From: Verrucomicrobiales bacterium
GTDB lineage: Bacteria > Verrucomicrobiota > Verrucomicrobiia > Verrucomicrobiales > V1-33
Assembly: GCA_031411295.1 (NCBI GenBank)
Contig: JANOAV010000076.1
Coordinates: 1 to 21,826, forward strand
Reading direction: 5' to 3'
DNA length: 21,826 nt
Below are positions 17,212 to 21,826 of the stretch, in pieces (position 1 is the first letter of the stretch; every line of letters begins with the position of its first letter). Under the pieces are notes generated by a model. The model was given only the letters and a program-made list of their open reading frames with translations, was not told the origin of the DNA and did not search any database. Made by a program: the position numbers and the translations under genes.

Positions 17212-18237
17212 CTAACTCGCAGTGCTGCCAGGTGGCGTCTCGGATTTTGGAGCCTGCTCTGGCTTGGGCTTGAGCGGAGGTTTTTCTGCCGGTGGATCTA
17301 AGGCTGCATCTGGCGCGGGGATTTTCAGCACCCGACTGGGTTCACGTCCGAAACCTGTCACTTTGATTTCTTCCGGCGTGATGTCCAGTCGCGCGTAGGT
17401 ATTCTTATCGGTATCCACCATGCCACGGAAATTCAGGAAATGAATCCCGTGCTGGGCCATGTAGCTGCCGTCATGATTATGCCCGTTGAGCCAGATCGGG
17501 GCGATGTCAGCATAAGGTTTGATGATTTCCAAGACTTCCTCGGCATCCCACAACGAATGTGGGCCCAAAGGCAGCAGCACGTAATGACACAGGAACAACA
17601 CCCGCTGACCAGCCTTGCGGGCAGCGGCTAACTCATCAGCTAACCACTGGCGTTGCGCCGATCCAAGTCCCCCACCGAACTCCACGCGTTTCCGGCCCTT
17701 GGCATTTTTTTGAATTTCCTTGGCCGCCACGGTGGCGGGATCATCCTTGGGATGAGAAAAGAGCGATACTTCATTTCCATCCATGACGATGAACTTCCAT
17801 CCCTCCTTCACGAAACTGTAATACGGTTTCTCCATGCCAAGCAACTTGGGCACATTGATTTTTTCCGCTTCCAGCACGCTGTAATCGTGATTCCCCATTA
17901 ACTGGAAGCGCGGTGCCTTCAGCGACGCAAAGATCGGCATCACTTTGGCATAACTGGCCAGATCTTGGTCGATCATATCACCCAGATGGCAGACCGCATG
18001 CAGATCTTCCATCCCATTGAAAGTATCCACCGCTTCCTGGAGTTTCGCGGGGCTCAGACGATACATTCGCTTCGACTTGGCGGGTGTATCGATGTCCGCA
18101 TATTGGCAATCGGTCACGATCCCCACCCGCAGGGTGCCAGGAGGTTTCGACTCGGTCTCACCACGACTCCGCTGGGCTGCGGTTCCTGCGAGCCCAGCGC
18201 TGAGCAGTTTCAGAAATTGGGTGCGGGAAAATTTCAT
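17212..18237 (-). CDS. Calcineurin-like metallophosphoesterase (Mn-dependent ADP-ribose/CDP-alcohol diphosphatase-like), probably exported
   Basis: DCQYAD, LGDMID, GNHD, CHY and GHNH motifs. Tat-like N-terminus SRTQFLK and a Pro-rich tail. Confidence 0.85.
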   Translation of the reverse strand: MKFSRTQFLKLLSAGLAGTAAQRSRGETESKPPGTLRVGIVTDCQYADIDTPAKSKRMYRLSPAKLQEAVDTFNGMEDLHAVCHLGDMIDQDLASYAKVMPIFASLKAPRFQLMGNHDYSVLEAEKINVPKLLGMEKPYYSFVKEGWKFIVMDGNEVSLFSHPKDDPATVAAKEIQKNAKGRKRVEFGGGLGSAQRQWLADELAAARKAGQRVLFLCHYVLLPLGPHSLWDAEEVLEIIKPYADIAPIWLNGHNHDGSYMAQHGIHFLNFRGMVDTDKNTYARLDITPEEIKVTGFGREPSRVLKIPAPDAALDPPAEKPPLKPKPEQAPKSETPPGSTAS

Positions 18238-18249
18238 GGAGTGGTGGGA

Positions 18250-18675
18250 TTAGAATGGGTATTCTTCGTCCTTGGAGGATTGATTAAAATCCTCCTCCGT
18301 GAACCCCTTGTTATTACTAGCCGGAGCCTGAGAACGTCCCCCACCGCCGCCGCCACGTGGCGCCTGCCCGCCTTGCTGGCGCGGTGGCGCGCTTTCGCCC
18401 GAGCCATCGGAGTTATCGATTTTCCATCCAGTTAGGCTGACGTAATACTTGCCATTGTATTCGCTCCCACGGATATCGAAGGCCACCTTCACCTGTTGGC
18501 CGACGCGGAATTTATCCAGGAGTTCGGTCTTCTCTTTTACGAACTCGACTTTGATATCTTGAGGAAAGCGCTCAGCCGAGGTGGTGACCACCAGTTCGCG
18601 TTTGGTGAATCCTTTGGCTCCGTAGGATGCGGTGTCGCCAATGAGTTTGATGCTGCCTTCAAGTTCGTAGGTCAT
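18250..18675 (-). CDS. DUF3127 family OB-fold protein (SSB-like)
   Basis: GFTKRELVV, FPQDIKVEF, FDIRGSEYNGKYYVSLTGWKI. Gly/Gln/Pro linker and acidic DEEYPF tail. Confidence 0.85.
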   Translation of the reverse strand: MTYELEGSIKLIGDTASYGAKGFTKRELVVTTSAERFPQDIKVEFVKEKTELLDKFRVGQQVKVAFDIRGSEYNGKYYVSLTGWKIDNSDGSGESAPPRQQGGQAPRGGGGGGRSQAPASNNKGFTEEDFNQSSKDEEYPF

Positions 18676-18890
18676 GGGTCGGATGTTGTATTATGAAATT
18701 AGATTAATGGGATCAGGGCGTATTTTGTGCCAACCCGGGCACTTGGCAAGACGGGATTGCGATGTAAAAGCGGAATTTTCCAAAAGAGAAACCTCTCCCC
18801 ACATGCCAGATACCCTTAACTATCCTGCGGCTTCATTTCAGATGACCAGTCATCAGGGTTCAGAAAAAAAGACATTCTTCTTGCATGACG

Positions 18891-18925
18891 CCTATTCCCT
18901 ACTAATCCTATCGGAAATAAGGTAT
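18891..18925 (+). promoter_or_regulatory. Candidate operator upstream of cysH (Rrf2/CymR-like box)
   Basis: AT-rich imperfect dyad cctattccctactaatcctatcggaaataaggtat, downstream of TTGCAT (18881) and just before the ATG. Confidence 0.35.
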
Positions 18926-18934
18926 TTACATTAT

Positions 18935-19669
18935 ATGTCATTTCAACTTGCCACCCACCCCGATCTCGATGTCCGCGCTGTCGCGGAAGCCATGCCCTCG
19001 TGGAGCCTCGATGAAGTGCTCACGTGGGGATTTGAGACTTTCGGCAAGCAAGCCGCCATCGGCACCAGCTATCAAGGCAGCGGCTTGGTCATCATTCACC
19101 ATGCTCGGCGTCTGGGACTGGATTTCCCAGTCTTCACCCTGGATACCGGATTGCTTTTCAAAGAGACCAACGAACTGAAATTGCGCCTCGAGGATTTCTT
19201 CGGCATTCAGATCGAAGGCCTGCATCCCGAGGAAACCGTGGCCGAACAAGCCGCCACCTATGGCCCCGAACTCTGGAAGACCAATCCCGACACCTGCTGC
19301 ACTAACCGCAAGGTGATCCCGCTGCAAAAGAAACTGGCCAAGCTCGACACGTGGGTGACTGGCGTGCGCAGCAACCAAAGCGACACCCGGGCGCACATGA
19401 AGATGCTGGAAATGTATGAGTTCGACAAACTGCGCGAGCACTTCATCCTCAAGCTCAACCCCATGCTGAACTGGTCCCGCCAGGAGGTCTGGGATTACAT
19501 CAAACTACATCACATCCCCTACAATCCCCTGCACGATCAAGGCTACCGCAGCATCGGCTGCTGGCCATGCACCAAGGTGACCGCAGGCGAAAATGAACGT
19601 GCCGGCCGCTGGGAAGGGTTCGACAAGACCGAGTGTGGCATCCATACGTTTCTGGGGCAAAATATTTAG
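18935..19669 (+). CDS. cysH: Adenylylsulfate/phosphoadenylylsulfate reductase, [4Fe-4S]-type
   Basis: LDTGLLFKET, DTCCTNRK, GYRSIGCWPCT, ERAGRW, ECGIH. Start placed at ATG 18935 (MSFQL). Confidence 0.95.
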   Translation: MSFQLATHPDLDVRAVAEAMPSWSLDEVLTWGFETFGKQAAIGTSYQGSGLVIIHHARRLGLDFPVFTLDTGLLFKETNELKLRLEDFFGIQIEGLHPEETVAEQAATYGPELWKTNPDTCCTNRKVIPLQKKLAKLDTWVTGVRSNQSDTRAHMKMLEMYEFDKLREHFILKLNPMLNWSRQEVWDYIKLHHIPYNPLHDQGYRSIGCWPCTKVTAGENERAGRWEGFDKTECGIHTFLGQNI

Positions 19670-19673
19670 GAAG

Positions 19674-19737
19674 ATTGCAGATTGCAGTTTTCAGCCTTGT
19701 GCTTTGCTGTTGATCACTGAAAACTGACTCCCGAACA
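19674..19737. repeat. Heptamer tandem repeats in inverted arrangement between cysH and cysC
   Basis: attgcag attgcag ttttcag ... ctgaaaa ctgactc ccgaaca. Perfect 10-bp stem cagttttcag (19685-19694) / ctgaaaactg (19717-19726). Confidence 0.65.
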
Positions 19738-19745
19738 CTTTAAAA

Positions 19746-20351
19746 ATGGACAACATCCACCCTGAACCCGCCCGTTTCCTTGGCCGCTCTGCGCGGGAAA
19801 CTTTGTTGCAGCAACGCGCCAAAGTCGTTTGGCTTTACGGTCTGAGCGGCTCTGGCAAGAGCACGCTGGCCAGCGCTTTGGAGAAGCTGCTGCATTCTCA
19901 AGGCCGCCTCACGGCCTCCCTGGATGGCGACATGCTGCGCACGGGACTGAATCGTGGACTGGGCTTCAGCGACGATGATCGGCGCGAGAACATTCGTCGC
20001 GCGGCGGAAGTGGCGCGCATCCTGACCCACAATGGAGTGGTCACGATTGCCAGCTTCATCACCCCATCCCGCGCGCTGCGCAACATGGCGCGACAGATTG
20101 TGGGCGAAGATGATTTCCTGGAAATCTACGTCCAAGCCAGTTTCGAAGCCTGCGCCCAACGCGATCCCAAGGGACTTTACTCCAAGGCCGGCAGCGGGGA
20201 AATCAAGCATTTCACCGGACGCGACAGTTCCTTCGAACCGCCCGATCACGCGGATCTTACCATCGAAACCGAATCCGAAACGCCAGAGGAATCGCTCGCG
20301 AAGCTAGCCGCCTTCGTGAACGCCCGCATCCGGCCTGGGGCGGATGATTGA
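19746..20351 (+). CDS. cysC: Adenylylsulfate (APS) kinase
   Basis: P-loop GLSGSGKST, LDGDMLRTGL, DRRENIRR, RDPKGLY, FTGRDSSFEPP. Confidence 0.96.
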   Translation: MDNIHPEPARFLGRSARETLLQQRAKVVWLYGLSGSGKSTLASALEKLLHSQGRLTASLDGDMLRTGLNRGLGFSDDDRRENIRRAAEVARILTHNGVVTIASFITPSRALRNMARQIVGEDDFLEIYVQASFEACAQRDPKGLYSKAGSGEIKHFTGRDSSFEPPDHADLTIETESETPEESLAKLAAFVNARIRPGADD

Positions 20352-20352
20352 A

Positions 20353-20428
20353 CGAGAGTGGCACCAGTCCGCTGGACTGCTGGCATTGGTTACTAAGGAA
20401 GCAGTCCAGCGGACTGCTACCACTCTCG
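20353..20428. repeat. REPIN-like element at the cysC stop
   Basis: Arms cgagagtggcaccagtccgctggactgct and reverse complement cgagagtggtagcagtccgctggactgct (27/29) with an 18-nt spacer. The core gcagtccagYggactgc is shared with 11023-11039. Confidence 0.8.
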
Positions 20429-20693
20429 CTCAGGCCCTTGCACGATAAAATCAATCGCTCGCAGTTCCCCGTCGGAACTGGCAATGAGCGCATTCTCAGG
20501 CCGCACATCGGTTGCCCAACAGGAACCACGTCGCCATGGTAGGTCGCGAATGCGCTTCGCCCAACGCCCCGGGGCGAATTCCGTTAGGGACACCGTCTTT
20601 CATGGTGATCATCCAACCAAACTTAGCCCTGCAGGGTGGCGCAAAAAATTTCACGACCTCCTGGGTTGTGGTGTCATAAAACACGATGGCCTG
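20417..20693 (-). pseudogene. Protein-kinase-fold remnant (polyvalent-protein kinase-like) with internal deletion
   Basis: Frame A reads QAIVFYDTTTQEVVKFFAPPCRAKFGW...GIRPGALGEA. After about 20550, frame B reads IRDLPWRRGSCWATDVRPENALIASSDGELRAIDFIVQGPEREW*, with a DxxxxN catalytic loop and DFI (DFG-like) motif. Confidence 0.65.
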
Positions 20694-20883
20694 TCAGGTG
20701 GTCCGGCCAGCGCTGCGGGGGTGGCATGATAAGCCCAAGGAAAAGGGGCAGCTTGCGCCTCCAAAATCACTCACCATGAATCCAATCGGGGCGAGCCGCC
20801 CGACTCTTTGCAGCCGGATGAATTGCCGATGTGAATACGTGAGCTTCCCCTTGTGGATTGGAGGTGCCGTCGTAGAAGTCGTC

Positions 20884-21174
20884 ATGGAAAAGGTGATTTT
20901 AGAGACAATGGAAATAGCCGCAGACGCGGATGATGATCAAGCCACGCACTCCCCTGAGGAGTGGGCTAGGATGAAGGAATACGTGGACCGCTGGAAGACC
21001 CTGGGGCCGTTGTTAGAAGAGCAACGGGAAGCAGACGTGCGGCGGAGTGATACCTTTTCTGCGTTTTCATTTTTTGCGGGGATGCCACGGCAAAATGCAG
21101 TTATCTTTCCTGCAGAACCCACCTCGGGACTCGTCCAACAACAACAATGGTTCCAGAAACTCCGCGTCAATTGA
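20884..21174 (+). CDS. Small hypothetical protein, putative antitoxin partner of the downstream nucleotidyltransferase
   Basis: 96 aa ending PTSGLVQQQQWFQKLR. TTGA overlap with the next gene. Alternative start at ATG 20908. Confidence 0.6.
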   Translation: MEKVILETMEIAADADDDQATHSPEEWARMKEYVDRWKTLGPLLEEQREADVRRSDTFSAFSFFAGMPRQNAVIFPAEPTSGLVQQQQWFQKLRVN

Positions 21175-21446
21175 ATGAACTCGTGGCGTTGGCCCGTGAG
21201 TTGCAAGATTTCTTCGAAAGCAAAAATTGGAAATTTTGCTTCATCGGCGGCGTTGCCGTGCAGTCGTGCAGCGAGCCGCGCTACACCAAGGACGTTGACC
21301 TGACGCTGCTCACTGGTTTTGGAAATGAGGAACCGTTCATTGATGCACTGCTGGAACGCTACCAACCACGACGGCCCGACGCCCGAATGTTTGCTTTGAT
21401 CAATCGAGTCTTGCTGCTAGCGCTCCGTAAAAAATACGACAAATAA
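21171..21446 (+). pseudogene. Truncated Pol-beta-fold nucleotidyltransferase (AbiEii/DUF6036-like toxin)
   Basis: TTG start overlapping the upstream TGA. IGGVAV...TKDVDL is an hGG-x-DhD motif. Only 91 aa, and after RVLLL (about 21420) it runs into the antisense of another gene. Confidence 0.7.
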
Positions 21447-21601
21447 TACCACCGGAGCACAGGCATCTTGGCGCGCATGGCGACGATTGCATCTTCCCCA
21501 CCGATGAGTGTTAAGTCCCCAGTAGCTTGTTCGTCCAAAAAGTCCGCCAATCGTATCGTCAAGGACCGCCCGAATTCCGGGGTTTCCCGGAATATCTCCA
21601 T
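21359..21601 (-). pseudogene. Hypothetical protein, second gene of a two-gene unit, probably 3'-truncated near 21420
   Basis: ATG overlaps the upstream TAA (TAATG). Reads MEIFRETPEFGRSLTIRLADFLDEQATGDLTLIGGEDAIVAMRAKMPVLRWYYLSYFLRS, then continues through the antisense of the nucleotidyltransferase. Confidence 0.5.
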
Positions 21602-21780
21602 TAACTCGCGACCGACTTGGGCACCATCAAGGCGGGCCGCAAAGGCTTGGCGGGAACGCGCTTTTCGATGTCCTGCGGTCCATTCCTGGATTCGAGCACA
21701 GCGGCCTGACGACGATTCCACCGACTTTGATCGATCATCTCTTGAGCAGTCACGTGGGGTTGATTTTTGGGTGCTGACAT
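21601..21780 (-). CDS. 59-aa hypothetical protein (not in the ORF track), antitoxin-like position
   Basis: MSAPKNQPHVTAQEMIDQSRWNRRQAAVLESRNGPQDIEKRVPAKPLRPALMVPKSVAS*. Preceded by a promoter-like motif and translationally coupled to the next gene. Confidence 0.55.
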   Translation of the reverse strand: MSAPKNQPHVTAQEMIDQSRWNRRQAAVLESRNGPQDIEKRVPAKPLRPALMVPKSVAS

Positions 21781-21786
21781 AGACCG

Positions 21787-21814
21787 AGTTTACCAGAGTT
21801 GGGACATGTTTCAA
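21787..21814 (-). promoter_or_regulatory. Putative leaderless sigma70 promoter
   Basis: TTGAAA-16 nt-TAAACT-6 nt-ATG(21780) on the minus strand. Confidence 0.6.
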
Positions 21815-21826
21815 TGAAAACGGCGG

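Noticed and set aside
18674..18934. N-terminal extensions in the ORF track (cysH from 18674; also pyc from 6585, exonuclease from 4130, AbrB from 10216)
   Set aside because: They cover promoter or repeat DNA and precede the family-typical N-termini.
20453..20462. 10-bp match aatcgctcgc to the cysC 3' region (20290-20299), suggesting a cysC tail duplication
   Set aside because: Too short, does not extend, and lies within the antisense kinase remnant.
20539..20565. GTAG-led weak palindrome resembling a REP
   Set aside because: The stem is short and the sequence is explained by the kinase remnant's coding frames.

Overview
A GC-rich bacterial chromosomal segment, most likely Verrucomicrobia/PVC (inferred from a Tat-exported DUF1501 protein, few obvious Shine-Dalgarno motifs and several apparently leaderless starts). 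Core genes are DUF1501 (5'-partial), pyruvate carboxylase (pyc), an acyltransferase/polysaccharide deacetylase/GT4 operon, purL, a metallophosphoesterase, a DUF3127 SSB-like protein, an Fe-S type cysH and cysC. Three accessory or decaying patches lie among them. (1) 1.4-6.5 kb holds a 2H phosphoesterase, a DEDDh exonuclease, an intact AbrB-Doc toxin-antitoxin (TA) pair and several genes broken by stops or frameshifts. (2) 10.2-11.1 kb lies directly behind pyc. (3) 20.35-21.8 kb behind cysC holds a kinase remnant and two convergent TA-like pairs whose downstream genes are both cut at one junction. The most striking structure is patch 2. The last 29 codons of pyc recur twice downstream as synonymously recoded alleles. 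Both start at the same S-P-V-D-G codon, decay with distance, and are separated by cargo bounded by REP-like inverted repeats (an orphan AbrB gene, then an empty REPIN-like element). This resembles a polar 'gene-tail replacement' cassette array with no recombinase in the window. All family calls come from motif recognition by eye; no searches were run.
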